Position numbers and translations under genes: made by a program. A DNA stretch of 64,000 nucleotides from a virus: IMG/VR virus record IMGVR_UViG_3300045988_011398. One strand, 5' to 3'. Shown in pieces: positions 36,606-47,117 of this stretch (its first letter is position 1; each line of letters starts with the position of its first letter). Under the pieces are notes generated by a model. The model did no database searches and was not told the origin of the DNA. It worked only from the letters and a program-made list of their open reading frames with translations.

Positions 36606-39600
36606 TTATTTAACTGTCTCTATAAGAGCCTTTCCTAAACAAGCTTGTATATAATTACCATCATTTGGGTGTGCATAATCACCTGACCATTGATTATATG
36701 CTAGCTTAATTGCTACAGGAGTATCTACTGATGGTATGTTCTTCTTCCATCTTAATGTCATAGTAGTTCTCTTATCATAAGGCTTCAAGTAATTATCACT
36801 ACCTTGCCAATTAAGGTCTGAACCACTACTCTCTGGATTCACTGTATATAGCCATCCTGTCTCAACATAACAATCTGTGCCATACACATTCTTATCTCCT
36901 ATCCAGACTTCAATACCCTCCCAATGACCTAAACTACTAGGGCTATTAAATGTTAATGAGCTTGACCCATTTGCTGTAGTATTTATTACTCTTGAATGAG
37001 AACTTGTTTCTACATAATCTCTTGAATATTTCCAAGCATCAATATACTTAACAGAGTCATCAAAGTTAGAAGCAATCCATTTTTGTATATAAGTATATTC
37101 AGCAACATTTCTGTTCCACATATCTACATAGTACACATTAAATAGATATACTTTGCACTTAGGATTAATCTTCTTGATATTAGTTATAAGAGCTTTCATT
37201 TGGTCCATATAATTAGATATACTTCTTATAGAAACATCCTGACCCACTAAATCCTCTATACTATCAATACAGATAAATTCCTCCAGATGTAAAGGCTCAT
37301 CCCATTTAACCTCTCCTTGAGATATATCAACCTCAGAGACTCTTCTTGTCTGAACTTGCCTCAAATCACCTGTGTATGTTCCAATCCTAATAAAGTCTCC
37401 TACTGATACATCAGTATTTTTAATGTCCTCAGACCTTAAAGACCTTAGAGTAATACTAGAAATGACTCCAGCATTTTTAACAACTGTGTATGTATCACTA
37501 TCACTATTATAAGTTATACCTCCTAACTCAAGAGAGGGCATTTTCTGTAGCTCCTCAAGAGTAACTCCAGTAATAGTATGCTTTACTTTTCTAGGATAGT
37601 TTCTCCAATCATCATTACCAGTTAATCCTATAGTTACTATTTCAGGAGTGAAGTAATTAGCAATATCATACCATGTTCTATTAGGATAATCTTCACTATT
37701 AAACATTTCAGCAGTCCACCCTCCAATGCCAGCATTCATAACATTATGATATTCAGATGATGCAAAATTAAATCCAAAATAAGGATTAGAGCTTCCTCTT
37801 TCTATCTTCAAAGTTATAGTTCTTTCATTATCATTATCAAAATGATAATGGTAGAATGACTTATTATTAACAAGTCTATAATCTAATCCCGAACCAATAG
37901 TTGCTGGATTTATTGGGTCATAGGACACAGTACCATCTCCATAAGGACTCTCATTAGTATTATTCTCATCTTCACCAACTGTTGATTTTACAAAGCATAT
38001 AGTCTCCCCATATTTGTATGACACTTGTATGCTAGCTCCTGAAGAAGGAGCATCCTTAAACCATATAGAGTGGATTACTTTGCCGGCAGAATTAAGACTT
38101 CTTATCACTAAAGCATCTGTGCCTTCAGGGAATGAAGCACCATATCCTTGAGTATTTAACTTAATTGTCTTTGGAGTACCATCTACAGTTAGTGAGTGAT
38201 TATAAGTAAAACATCTATCTAACTCAAATTTAGTACTTTCACCATCTCCTGTAAATGATTTTGAATCACTTCCTATAGTATTATTATGATTAGTAAACTC
38301 AGCTACTTTTGTATTACCATCATATAAACCAATTACTGAATATTCAGAAGTTCTTTCTATAACTTGGCATATATGAAGTTCAGTACCCTTATGAGTAAAT
38401 GATATTGATGAGCCAACTCCCTTTATCTTGATAGCCTCCTCATCTAGGAATTTCTTACTATTGTATATTTTTTCACTTTCTCCACTTACAGTTACCTTTG
38501 AAGGTGGGTTAAATGAGGCTTTATTCTTAAATAGGAAGTCTATAGGAGATTTTAGATATGAGTAGAACAAAAATCCATCTCCCCAAACATTAGATGACCC
38601 CATAAAAACTAAGTTCTTATTTGGTTTATATTCTACAGATGAATCCCCACTTTTTAACTCTTCAATTGCTTTTTCATTTTTATTTAATCTCTCCTGAATT
38701 GTACCTTGGCTCCAAGTCTTATTTAGATTAAAAGAAATCTTATTTGCAGTATTTGTACCATAATTAAAAGGTGCATAATCTGTGAATACAGAAAAGTCTA
38801 CTTCTAATCTAATTCTCATGCCCTTCATCTCTCCAGATTGAACTGTAACATCAAAGGACTGAACATCAAAGTTACAAGGTTTTTTAGAAGATACTAATAT
38901 AGAAGCCCCTGTATTCCAGTTCTGCTCCTCTTCATATATTCTTCTATTAGCAAAGTATATCTGCTGACCATATTTACCTCCAGTAGTCTCAGATGCTGCT
39001 GAAAATGACCTGATGAATATATCATCATCTTTTATTGACTCTGGTACATTTTCAAATCCAATATTCTTTATTGAAGATATTATCAGCTCTTCATTGCTAG
39101 TATATTTATCATAGGGATTCTTCAAGAAATTAATGCTTGAATTATCCAACACATTACTTTGTAAGACCTCTATATCTGAAGTATTTTTACTTAGTTGTGT
39201 CTTTACTTCTTCACCATTATTCAATGGGATATATGGCAGATAAAGCTTAGACAATTTCACTACTGAGGTTGTGCTCCTTGATACATATATCTTATTTTCA
39301 GGCAGGCTATTATTTTTTATAATAGTGATTTTACAATCTTGCCCATCAATTGTATAAGGTATAGGAGAATCAAAGTCTACACTAGATAATTGCTTTCCAG
39401 TAGTTCTTTGTCCATCTTTTGTCCATGCTATACCAAATCTATTTCCATAAGTATCATGTTTATAAATAAAAGAATATATATCTAAATCAGCATCTCCAGT
39501 ATATCCATCTATGGCTACCTGTTGAATATACATTAGAAGAGTTTTCTCTTCATTATTTAGCAATCCTACATTAGGGTTATTCTTACCATCAAACCATTCA

Positions 39601-40397
39601 GGATATTGAGCAGAATTTTTTATTTTATCCTCTACCTCCTCTGGACTAGAATAATTAGTAAAATTCTTTCTATCAATTAATACTTTGGGGTTTGCACCTG
39701 ATATAAGTACTCCATCTGGTAAATCCTCTGCATATATTTCCATGCAGATAGTTCTTTCCTGCCCATCTGCAAATTGAAATTTCTTTTCAGTATATCCATT
39801 AAATAGTGTATCTGATTTGATTTCAGATATTGCAGCCCAATTGCCATTATATTTCCACTTGAATACAATTCTTGAGCCATAATCTCCGTAATTCTTTGTA
39901 ACAGAATTAAATCCTATCTCAATATATGAACCCCCCTTAATTTCTATTGACCTAATTCTTTTATAGAGTTCTATTTCTTTCTCAGTAACACTACTACCTT
40001 CTACAATACTAAGACCATTAGCAAGAAGAATTGCAGATGACATATCTTTATTATTTGCTAAGATATTCCAATTATCTTGGTTAGTCCAGTCACTAATATC
40101 CTCTTTTAAGTACTGTATTACCTTCCATCCGTCACTTGATAGATAAGTACCTACATACCCACTTACTCTCTCATCTACAGGAACTTTACTGATTGCTTGA
40201 GATAGTGTATATGTTTTGACAGTACCATCTGTGCTATACCTAGTTGATATATTATTAGATATACCAGCCTTTAATAGAGTATCCAGCCTAATATTTTTAT
40301 TATCATATACAGCTTTTGTAGAAGTTACTGGGTAAATTTCAGTACTTTGTGAGCCTCCTACTAACTCTGATTCTATAAGTTTCTTTACCTTTCCCAT
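36606..40397 (-). CDS. Tail fibre/spike protein (1263 aa) with a C-terminal SGNH/GDSL-type esterase domain
   Basis: SGNH blocks: LVFMGSSNVWGDG (block I, ~nt 38590), IVTIGLTGNDDW (GxND, ~nt 37610) and GDYAHPNDG (DxxH, ~nt 36670). Beta-rich N-terminal two thirds. Follows the portal-proximal fibre genes. Confidence 0.65.
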   Translation of the reverse strand: MGKVKKLIESELVGGSQSTEIYPVTSTKAVYDNKNIRLDTLLKAGISNNISTRYSTDGTVKTYTLSQAISKVPVDERVSGYVGTYLSSDGWKVIQYLKEDISDWTNQDNWNILANNKDMSSAILLANGLSIVEGSSVTEKEIELYKRIRSIEIKGGSYIEIGFNSVTKNYGDYGSRIVFKWKYNGNWAAISEIKSDTLFNGYTEKKFQFADGQERTICMEIYAEDLPDGVLISGANPKVLIDRKNFTNYSSPEEVEDKIKNSAQYPEWFDGKNNPNVGLLNNEEKTLLMYIQQVAIDGYTGDADLDIYSFIYKHDTYGNRFGIAWTKDGQRTTGKQLSSVDFDSPIPYTIDGQDCKITIIKNNSLPENKIYVSRSTTSVVKLSKLYLPYIPLNNGEEVKTQLSKNTSDIEVLQSNVLDNSSINFLKNPYDKYTSNEELIISSIKNIGFENVPESIKDDDIFIRSFSAASETTGGKYGQQIYFANRRIYEEEQNWNTGASILVSSKKPCNFDVQSFDVTVQSGEMKGMRIRLEVDFSVFTDYAPFNYGTNTANKISFNLNKTWSQGTIQERLNKNEKAIEELKSGDSSVEYKPNKNLVFMGSSNVWGDGFLFYSYLKSPIDFLFKNKASFNPPSKVTVSGESEKIYNSKKFLDEEAIKIKGVGSSISFTHKGTELHICQVIERTSEYSVIGLYDGNTKVAEFTNHNNTIGSDSKSFTGDGESTKFELDRCFTYNHSLTVDGTPKTIKLNTQGYGASFPEGTDALVIRSLNSAGKVIHSIWFKDAPSSGASIQVSYKYGETICFVKSTVGEDENNTNESPYGDGTVSYDPINPATIGSGLDYRLVNNKSFYHYHFDNDNERTITLKIERGSSNPYFGFNFASSEYHNVMNAGIGGWTAEMFNSEDYPNRTWYDIANYFTPEIVTIGLTGNDDWRNYPRKVKHTITGVTLEELQKMPSLELGGITYNSDSDTYTVVKNAGVISSITLRSLRSEDIKNTDVSVGDFIRIGTYTGDLRQVQTRRVSEVDISQGEVKWDEPLHLEEFICIDSIEDLVGQDVSIRSISNYMDQMKALITNIKKINPKCKVYLFNVYYVDMWNRNVAEYTYIQKWIASNFDDSVKYIDAWKYSRDYVETSSHSRVINTTANGSSSLTFNSPSSLGHWEGIEVWIGDKNVYGTDCYVETGWLYTVNPESSGSDLNWQGSDNYLKPYDKRTTMTLRWKKNIPSVDTPVAIKLAYNQWSGDYAHPNDGNYIQACLGKALIETVK

Positions 40398-40405
40398 CTC
40401 TTTTT

Positions 40406-40603
40406 CTATTTAGTTACTATATCAGGAACATCTTGAATATACTCAAAACTAAGACCACCTGTATCATCAGATGATAAAGATGTCCACCCATTATCACCAT
40501 ATATAAACAATTTATAGGTGCCTTTAGCTTGAGGCTGTAGCCAAGCTACATTATTAACAGGAGGCTCAGTATTACTGATAATAATATCTTTAATATATTT
40601 CAT
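40406..40603 (-). CDS. Small fibre-module protein (65 aa), paralog of the N-terminus of the collagen-like protein
   Basis: MKYIKDIIISNTEPPVNNVAWLQPQAKGTYKLFIYGDNGW aligns with MIIIKNIVISEVAPDLKEVGWLLPLQDGTFKLRFFSSNGW of the upstream ORF. Confidence 0.5.
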   Translation of the reverse strand: MKYIKDIIISNTEPPVNNVAWLQPQAKGTYKLFIYGDNGWTSLSSDDTGGLSFEYIQDVPDIVTK

Positions 40604-40604
40604 A

Positions 40605-40979
40605 TTATCCTTGAGTTACTGTTATTTGTATTACAGATTCATCACTTAAAGTAGCTGTACCTCCAGTTACAGCCCCCTCTGCATTAGTGGTTAATGCTAT
40701 GGCAGTTATTGACTTACCATCTGCACCAGCAGGACCAACTTCACCTTTGTCTCCCTTATCCCCTTTAGGTCCTGTTGCTCCTGTATCTCCTTTCTCTCCC
40801 TGAGGTCCTTGTGGACCAGCATCTCCTTTAGGTCCCTGTACTCCAGATGCAGCATCTACCCAACCATTAGAACTAAAGAATCTAAGCTTAAAGGTACCAT
40901 CTTGTAGTGGTAGTAGCCACCCAACCTCTTTAAGGTCAGGTGCTACTTCGGATATAACAATATTCTTAATTATAATCAT
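40605..40979 (-). CDS. Collagen-like repeat fibre protein (124 aa)
   Basis: About 15 uninterrupted Gly-X-Y triplets (GPKGDAGPQGPQGEKGDTGATGPKGDKGDKGEVGPAGADG). Immediately downstream of the portal. Confidence 0.7.
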   Translation of the reverse strand: MIIIKNIVISEVAPDLKEVGWLLPLQDGTFKLRFFSSNGWVDAASGVQGPKGDAGPQGPQGEKGDTGATGPKGDKGDKGEVGPAGADGKSITAIALTTNAEGAVTGGTATLSDESVIQITVTQG

Positions 40980-40980
40980 A

Positions 40981-43386
40981 TTACTTAGTATTTACTGTTT
41001 TCTTTCTTAATGCTTGTCTTTTTACAGATATTTCATCCTCATGCTTTTTCTTATCATGATTTAGCCTATCTCTATCAAGTTTTAATCTTTCATTGAACTC
41101 TCTCATTTTCTCCATTAGATTTGCCTTGGCTTCCTCAGAAAATTCTTGCTCTACAATACCATCATCATCTTTATTGTTAGCTTGTATTTGAGCTATCATG
41201 AGTTTAGTCTCATTATCTCTGATATTAGCCTGTTCTTTCTGTTGAAGTTCAGCTTGTCTCTGCTCAGCCTCTATTTGTGCAATCTGCTGTTGAGACTCCA
41301 ATTGCTGTTGCTGTGCTTGAGCATTTCTTTCTTGTATAGCTTGTTCATCTTTCTCTACAAGTCTCTGTTTTTCTGCAAGAGAGCTTGAACTGTATAACTT
41401 CATAATAGTTGAGAATGACAGAGTCTGGTTTTGAAGTGCTGCTTGTGCTAATACATCAAGTTTCTGAGATAACTCTTGAACACCTTGACTATTATCCACT
41501 ATCAATCCATAATCAGCTTCAGCAAATTCATCACCATCTATATCCATAATCTTTATGGAATTATCAGATAGTATATACTGGAACTTCTTACTTCTTCCTT
41601 TAAGGGCTATTTTGGCAGTCTCAAGGAAACATTCTAAGACTCTTCTCTTTACATCATCATGCTGTACAAACAACCATTCTGTAATATGTGAAGACTGTAA
41701 TGTAGCTCTTTCAACTCCACCTACTGTCTCTCTATTACTTACCTGACCTTCTCTCTGTCTTGTAATACCTGCTACTTCTGACATCTCCATCTTGATAAAT
41801 TCAAGGAGATTGATTTGTTGCTGAATTGAATTTCCAAACTCAGCATCAATTACTCCAGAAGAGGCATTATTAAGAGCACCAGCAAGTTTACCAGTAGAAG
41901 CACCTATATTACCTTCCTTAAAGCTGTCTTCAACTGCAAGACCATTAGCCTTTGCATAATACATCCACTTTTCAACATCCCATCCTTTAGGTATCTTTGC
42001 TAAATCAAGCTTCAGTATCTTTCCCCAGTTCTTAGCCATCATCTTATTCAGTCTATCATGAATAGCATCATACAAGTAATTATACTGCTTCATCATATCT
42101 ACAAGAGAGAATGGTCTACTGTCATTGAGGTTGTATATAGAACCTATAATACCAAAGTGACATCTTGATGGGTTTGACAGCCTATTGTATTGTACAACTC
42201 TTGGTCTCATATTCACATAAATATCAGTACCAATCTTTGTACCTTCCCAAGCCTCATTTATATAGAAAATCTGTTCCTCTTCTCCAGCATCTTTATCAAT
42301 GATGTAAGTCTCAGGATAGAAGTTATATACTTCTTCTCCTGTCTCTGGGTCATAAGATTTAACCTTCTTGATTCTTCTTCTTGACTTCCAATATACTCTA
42401 AGTACTCTAAGGTTGCCAGCTAAGTCATAAGGAAGAAGGGAATTTGAGATGGAGTCTGAGAATAAATTGAATGGGTCAAAATAGAATCCATCAGTACTTA
42501 TCTCTTCTCCTACCATGTGATTATTCACATACCCAAATCTCTCATCAATGTTATCCATAGAATCTACAGAGGCTTGACCAACATGGTCAGGCAGTTTTTC
42601 TATATATTCCATGTCTTTCTTACTTAATACATCATAGTAAGTATCTATTACTCTTCCCGGACTCCAATAGTCCTCTATAATAATCATGTCTGCATCTTCT
42701 ATCCTATTAGAATACCCAGACTTGAAGATTCTCACCTTCAATGGATTAAGTCTCTCAATAACAGGCTCTCCACCTACTATATCACATTGATATATCTCCT
42801 CCCCCACAGCCATAGCATCCATAAAGCCATTATTGAACAGCAGAGGAATATTATACTCTTTTACATAATGATTAAGAAGGGCATTTGCCCTAATCTCTCT
42901 CATGTCTTGCCACTCATAGGTATAATAATCATTTAGTTTCTCAAGCTCTTGGTTAAACTCCTCTTCTGACTGTGATGTATCAGCTATAAGCTGCTGGAGT
43001 CTTTGAAGCAATTCTCCTTTCTTGTTGTTCTCAATCTCAGAGATGGCATTAGGGTTAGTAACCACTACTCTATAGTCAAATACTCTCTTTGATTCTTCGC
43101 CTCTAAGAACATTTAGTTTACTATTCATGATAGGATAGTGTTGTATTCTATCAGGTACAAAACCAGCTTTTATGTTCTCAGGGTTCAGAACAAGCTCCAA
43201 GTCTGTCATATGAAGCTTGCCATTCAACAAGTCATAGTTAATCTTCTTATGAATCACAGATTTTCTCACAAGACTATAATTAAAGAAAGTCTTGCTGTCT
43301 GCCCAATCCAAGTGCCTCTTTCTCCAAGCCTTGTTCTTCTTACTAAAAGGCAGTTGTTGTGGTGGTAAATTTATTAATTCAGACAT
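40981..43386 (-). CDS. Portal protein
   Basis: 801 aa ORF directly downstream of the terminase-like gene. C-terminal Gln/Glu-rich coiled coil (QERNAQAQQQQLESQQQIAQIEAEQRQAELQQKEQ). Size and synteny as in crAss-like phages. Not search-verified. Confidence 0.65.
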   Translation of the reverse strand: MSELINLPPQQLPFSKKNKAWRKRHLDWADSKTFFNYSLVRKSVIHKKINYDLLNGKLHMTDLELVLNPENIKAGFVPDRIQHYPIMNSKLNVLRGEESKRVFDYRVVVTNPNAISEIENNKKGELLQRLQQLIADTSQSEEEFNQELEKLNDYYTYEWQDMREIRANALLNHYVKEYNIPLLFNNGFMDAMAVGEEIYQCDIVGGEPVIERLNPLKVRIFKSGYSNRIEDADMIIIEDYWSPGRVIDTYYDVLSKKDMEYIEKLPDHVGQASVDSMDNIDERFGYVNNHMVGEEISTDGFYFDPFNLFSDSISNSLLPYDLAGNLRVLRVYWKSRRRIKKVKSYDPETGEEVYNFYPETYIIDKDAGEEEQIFYINEAWEGTKIGTDIYVNMRPRVVQYNRLSNPSRCHFGIIGSIYNLNDSRPFSLVDMMKQYNYLYDAIHDRLNKMMAKNWGKILKLDLAKIPKGWDVEKWMYYAKANGLAVEDSFKEGNIGASTGKLAGALNNASSGVIDAEFGNSIQQQINLLEFIKMEMSEVAGITRQREGQVSNRETVGGVERATLQSSHITEWLFVQHDDVKRRVLECFLETAKIALKGRSKKFQYILSDNSIKIMDIDGDEFAEADYGLIVDNSQGVQELSQKLDVLAQAALQNQTLSFSTIMKLYSSSSLAEKQRLVEKDEQAIQERNAQAQQQQLESQQQIAQIEAEQRQAELQQKEQANIRDNETKLMIAQIQANNKDDDGIVEQEFSEEAKANLMEKMREFNERLKLDRDRLNHDKKKHEDEISVKRQALRKKTVNTK

Positions 43387-43407
43387 ATTGATTCATTTTA
43401 TTTCCTG

Positions 43408-43440
43408 CAAAAGTAAGTAAAAATCTTCACTTGTGCAAGG
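43408..43440 (-). promoter_or_regulatory. Bacteroidetes-type promoter (-7 TACTTTTG, -33 TTGC)
   Basis: Gene-sense CCTTGCACAAGTGAAGATTTTTACTTACTTTTGCAGGA, with the -7 box 22 nt upstream of the portal ATG. Confidence 0.6.
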
Positions 43441-43483
43441 ATATAAGTGATTTATTAAGTATCCACATCTATTTTTGCTAAAT

Positions 43484-45748
43484 TTACTGTTTGAATCTTG
43501 CATCATAGTTGGTCTTAAAGAAAGGGTCATTGCCTAAGTATGAAGCAGAGGCATCCTCCTCCTTACTCTTGCTTACCTCACCCTTATAGAGAATCATCTT
43601 ATCTTCCCTAAGCAACATAAGCATACCCATAGATGAGATTCTATCAAAGTTACCTTCTGAATTGTACAGTATAAGCTCTTTTATCAATGCTCTTGACCTC
43701 AAAGTATATAGATTGGGAATCATTACTTCTTGGTCTTCACCATCAATTGTTTGTATTACAGGAACTGGTCTTAATAGCCAAGACCTTAATAGGTTTCTTG
43801 CATAAGCATTTATAGCTGCTGTAGCATTAGTACCTTTAGCCTTATTTCCATAGGAGCTACCCTTGACCATATCTTTGTCTTTCAAGAAGTCAAGTACATC
43901 AGTAAGCAGATACAGGCAATTCATTTTTGAGAAGTATGCAAATAATCCCTTCTTGTTATTTTCATAATTCATTCTGCCATTGTAGAATAGACACATCTTT
44001 CTGCAAATCTCATAGAAGTCATCTGCAAATAATGGTCTACCTGTGTACTCAGCTACTACCTTGTCAGTCCATAAATCAAGCACATATACAGAACCAAGAG
44101 ACATAGTATTTGACTCATCATCATCATAGGGGTCACACCCTAATATGTATCTATTATCAAATACTCTGCCTGACCTATCTTTCTCAGGCAGCTTATATAT
44201 CTCAATAGCACCCTCTATCTTATTATCCTTATGTGGAAATTCTCTTATAGGCTGGTCTGAAGTAGGCTTAAATTCCACCTCCTTACTACCATTAATAGCT
44301 AAATCACCTACATATACATCATCATACTCTCTTGGGTTAGAATCCAATTGACCTAATCTTTCAGTAAGGTCAGTTACTGGGAACATATTAACACCAGTCT
44401 TTACAATAGCTTCAGCAGGAGTAATAGGAACCTCAGCAATAGTCTTGATTACAGTATTGGGGTCAGTAGAATTATACTTAACCCTATATCTATTCATCAA
44501 TATCTCAATCAGTGCCTGTACTACATCAGATACACCATCTCTATTATAGCATCCTTTTCTATTGATATATCCCGGAAAGAAGAATACAAAGTATCTTTTA
44601 CCTTGGTTGTTTTTATCATACACATTAGGCAAAGCATACATATTATAACCCCTTGGGTTATACATAATCTCCTGAGCACCAGCAAAGTCTGATTCATTAT
44701 CACCAGCAGTACCTTGTAGGTACATAAGACCAAACACATAATCACCATCCTGTACAGAAGGAAGCATTACATTGTACAAATCAATCAATCTTGGAAATGT
44801 ACCAAACTCTTCAATACCAATAAATGCAGCTCTCTTACCTCTTAATTTGGACTCATCATCTTTTGATGATACTCCCAATACTGAGTTTTGTGTACCCTTC
44901 TCAATATCAAGCTCCAAATCCTTATATCCCATTTTCCAAACCATGTCTTGAAGAGATGATTTAAGCCTCTTTCTTGGGAACTGGGTATGTTCAGCACAGA
45001 AATTAGCCATTGAGACAAATTTATTAAGTACACCATCCTTTGTCAAGTACTCTTTCTGATAGGCTGTAGCAATAGATACAATCTCTTCACAGGCTGTACT
45101 ATTCTCACCTAATACAAAGTTATGAGTAAGAATTGAAGCCATTGAATAGGACTTTGATTTACCTCTGGAGGCTAACTCTGCACCATGATTACCACCTAAG
45201 AAGTCATTATATAGACCACCACTTCTGGCTTGTTCCATATAATGAAATCTCCAATAAATACCTTCCCACATTTCAGGGAAGTCCACAATTCTATCTGCCT
45301 GCTTAGTACCTTTCCTAATCTTTGATTGTATAATAGGACAGTAATTCATATAGAAGTAAAGAGGTCCTGTAACCCACTCACCATCAGACTCTCTTACATA
45401 TCCATTCCAACATCTATCTCTCTCCTGTCTAATCCATTTACCATACTCACTATTAGGATTGGCATTAGGTCTTAGACTTGTAAAACACCCATACTTCTTA
45501 TAGTGAAGTGCAGTAGGTCTGAAGTAATCCATATCCTCAAGAATATGAGGATTAACTAAGTCCACTATTATTCTACCTTGTGAGTCTCTTGGTCTGTCTT
45601 TGGCATACTGTCTTGCAGGAGAAATCAATCTCTTAACAAACTCTACATTATTGATTATGTCTAATAACTGGTCTTGTACTTCTTGTGGCAATCCACTAAG
45701 TAACTCATCAGTTATTTGAGTTTGATACTTATTCATCAATATATCCAT
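43484..45748 (-). CDS. terL: Terminase large subunit
   Basis: 754 aa. Walker-A-like ELASRGKSKS and Walker-B-like AAFIGIEEFG. Located immediately upstream of the portal gene. Confidence 0.7.
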   Translation of the reverse strand: MDILMNKYQTQITDELLSGLPQEVQDQLLDIINNVEFVKRLISPARQYAKDRPRDSQGRIIVDLVNPHILEDMDYFRPTALHYKKYGCFTSLRPNANPNSEYGKWIRQERDRCWNGYVRESDGEWVTGPLYFYMNYCPIIQSKIRKGTKQADRIVDFPEMWEGIYWRFHYMEQARSGGLYNDFLGGNHGAELASRGKSKSYSMASILTHNFVLGENSTACEEIVSIATAYQKEYLTKDGVLNKFVSMANFCAEHTQFPRKRLKSSLQDMVWKMGYKDLELDIEKGTQNSVLGVSSKDDESKLRGKRAAFIGIEEFGTFPRLIDLYNVMLPSVQDGDYVFGLMYLQGTAGDNESDFAGAQEIMYNPRGYNMYALPNVYDKNNQGKRYFVFFFPGYINRKGCYNRDGVSDVVQALIEILMNRYRVKYNSTDPNTVIKTIAEVPITPAEAIVKTGVNMFPVTDLTERLGQLDSNPREYDDVYVGDLAINGSKEVEFKPTSDQPIREFPHKDNKIEGAIEIYKLPEKDRSGRVFDNRYILGCDPYDDDESNTMSLGSVYVLDLWTDKVVAEYTGRPLFADDFYEICRKMCLFYNGRMNYENNKKGLFAYFSKMNCLYLLTDVLDFLKDKDMVKGSSYGNKAKGTNATAAINAYARNLLRSWLLRPVPVIQTIDGEDQEVMIPNLYTLRSRALIKELILYNSEGNFDRISSMGMLMLLREDKMILYKGEVSKSKEEDASASYLGNDPFFKTNYDARFKQ

Positions 45749-46073
45749 TGTACTCTCCCTTTACAACCTGTTCATAGAAATTAGAGCCTATCCAATTGAA
45801 TATCAGCCTACTAAGTTCTACATTCATCCTTCTTATCATAGTCTCCTCCTGACCATCAAGGACTTTTGCAGTCTCCTTTACTGTTATTACTCTATACTTC
45901 TTGCCACCTTTTACAAACCATATCACAGACTCATATTCCTTATATGCTTTGAATGTTTGATGTGGCTTTACAGTCCTCTGAAGTACAAGATGTCCAGTAG
46001 TCTTTATCTTGAGTGCATCTCTCTTATCTTCAATAGACCTGTTAAGTCCTTCTATAATATCTTCTGCTTTCAT
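45729..46073 (-). CDS. Hypothetical protein (114 aa)
   Basis: ORF overlapping the TerL start by 20 nt. A small-terminase position is possible but not supported by any motif. Confidence 0.45.
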   Translation of the reverse strand: MKAEDIIEGLNRSIEDKRDALKIKTTGHLVLQRTVKPHQTFKAYKEYESVIWFVKGGKKYRVITVKETAKVLDGQEETMIRRMNVELSRLIFNWIGSNFYEQVVKGEYNGYIDE

Positions 46074-46076
46074 ACC

Positions 46077-46676
46077 TTAAATGTTTAGTCCATCTTCCAT
46101 TATTGTCTTCTCTCCTTGACCTCTCATCTTACCAGCTACCATAGACTCCTTGGCTATAGCTTTTTCAGCATCATCCAAATCCTTCACAAGTGATGGAACT
46201 TGTTTGATAGTAGCTGTAATTGTATTCAGTGTATATATAGGCTTACCCTTGTCATCTGTTTGTGTAAGGTCTATGTCTCTCAACAGTTTCCTTAATTTAT
46301 CAACTGCATATCTTGTGTCTTCAAGAAGAAGAGCAGAAGTAGGCTTGAAGCTGTTATAAAATTCCATAGCAGCCAATACTACTTTATCAGGTTCCCATTT
46401 CTCAGGTAATCCCTCACCTTCCTTAATAGCTTGCTTTCTCTGTTCCTCATCAGTAAGATACTGATAATCACTTCTTGGGTCACAGAAGAAATAAATAAAG
46501 CCTAATTCCATCATAGCCTTATCCTTATTCTGAGACCTATCTCTTTGCCATATCTGTTTGAAGGGCTTCAATAGTAGAGCCTCAGGCTCAATTACCATTT
46601 TATAACCCTCATATTTGAACAATCTTATCATAACTAAAATAAAAGAAAAAGAGCCTGTCAGGTTTAATTTTCCCAA
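46077..46676 (-). CDS. Hypothetical protein; the true start is probably internal (Met at ~46631 or ~46598)
   Basis: The first ~15 codons overlap the terminator hairpin at 46651-46683, so a shorter product (MVIEPEALL...) is more plausible. Confidence 0.5.
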   Translation of the reverse strand: MGKLNLTGSFSFILVMIRLFKYEGYKMVIEPEALLLKPFKQIWQRDRSQNKDKAMMELGFIYFFCDPRSDYQYLTDEEQRKQAIKEGEGLPEKWEPDKVVLAAMEFYNSFKPTSALLLEDTRYAVDKLRKLLRDIDLTQTDDKGKPIYTLNTITATIKQVPSLVKDLDDAEKAIAKESMVAGKMRGQGEKTIMEDGLNI

Positions 46677-46683
46677 CAGGCTC
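46651..46683 (-). terminator. Intrinsic terminator-like hairpin
   Basis: 8-bp stem GAGCCTGT / ACAGGCTC with a 17-nt loop and a T-run in the minus sense (plus aaaagaaaaa). Confidence 0.5.
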
Positions 46684-46691
46684 TCCTATAA

Positions 46692-47117
46692 TTATACAAT
46701 CAGCTTCTTCTCTTCTGGCTTAATCAAGGTTGAAGGAGTTGGGTCTGGAACCTCTTCATATTCCTCAATTATGAAATCAATATCTCTATCCTGAAGTAGA
46801 AGACATTGCTTACCATCCATCTCAATCACATCAAAGTTATACTTTACTACAGGATTGTCAGTAACTACACCATCTTTAAGTGTGCCTGCCTGATGTTGCT
46901 TGACAGCAAATCTTGTAGGGTTTACACAAACCAAATCTCCAACTTTAATATCTCTTACTGAACTACCAATTGCAAGTACAGTCTGATATTCCTTTAGTCC
47001 ACCTTGTTGCTTAGTTACATCAAGCAATCCTCCAGATGTTCTTACATCCTCCTCATACTTATCCATTGTAGTGATAAGTGCAGTGAACATGGGTTTTATC
47101 TTTTTAACTTTCAGCAT
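46692..47117 (-). CDS. GroES-like co-chaperonin (gp31-type) candidate
   Basis: 141 aa. Pattern SGGLLDV...VLAIGSSVRDIKVGDLVCV...LLLQDRDIDFIIEE parallels GroES (SAGGIVL...VLAVG...VKVGDIV...DILAIVE). Confidence 0.45.
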   Translation of the reverse strand: MLKVKKIKPMFTALITTMDKYEEDVRTSGGLLDVTKQQGGLKEYQTVLAIGSSVRDIKVGDLVCVNPTRFAVKQHQAGTLKDGVVTDNPVVKYNFDVIEMDGKQCLLLQDRDIDFIIEEYEEVPDPTPSTLIKPEEKKLIV

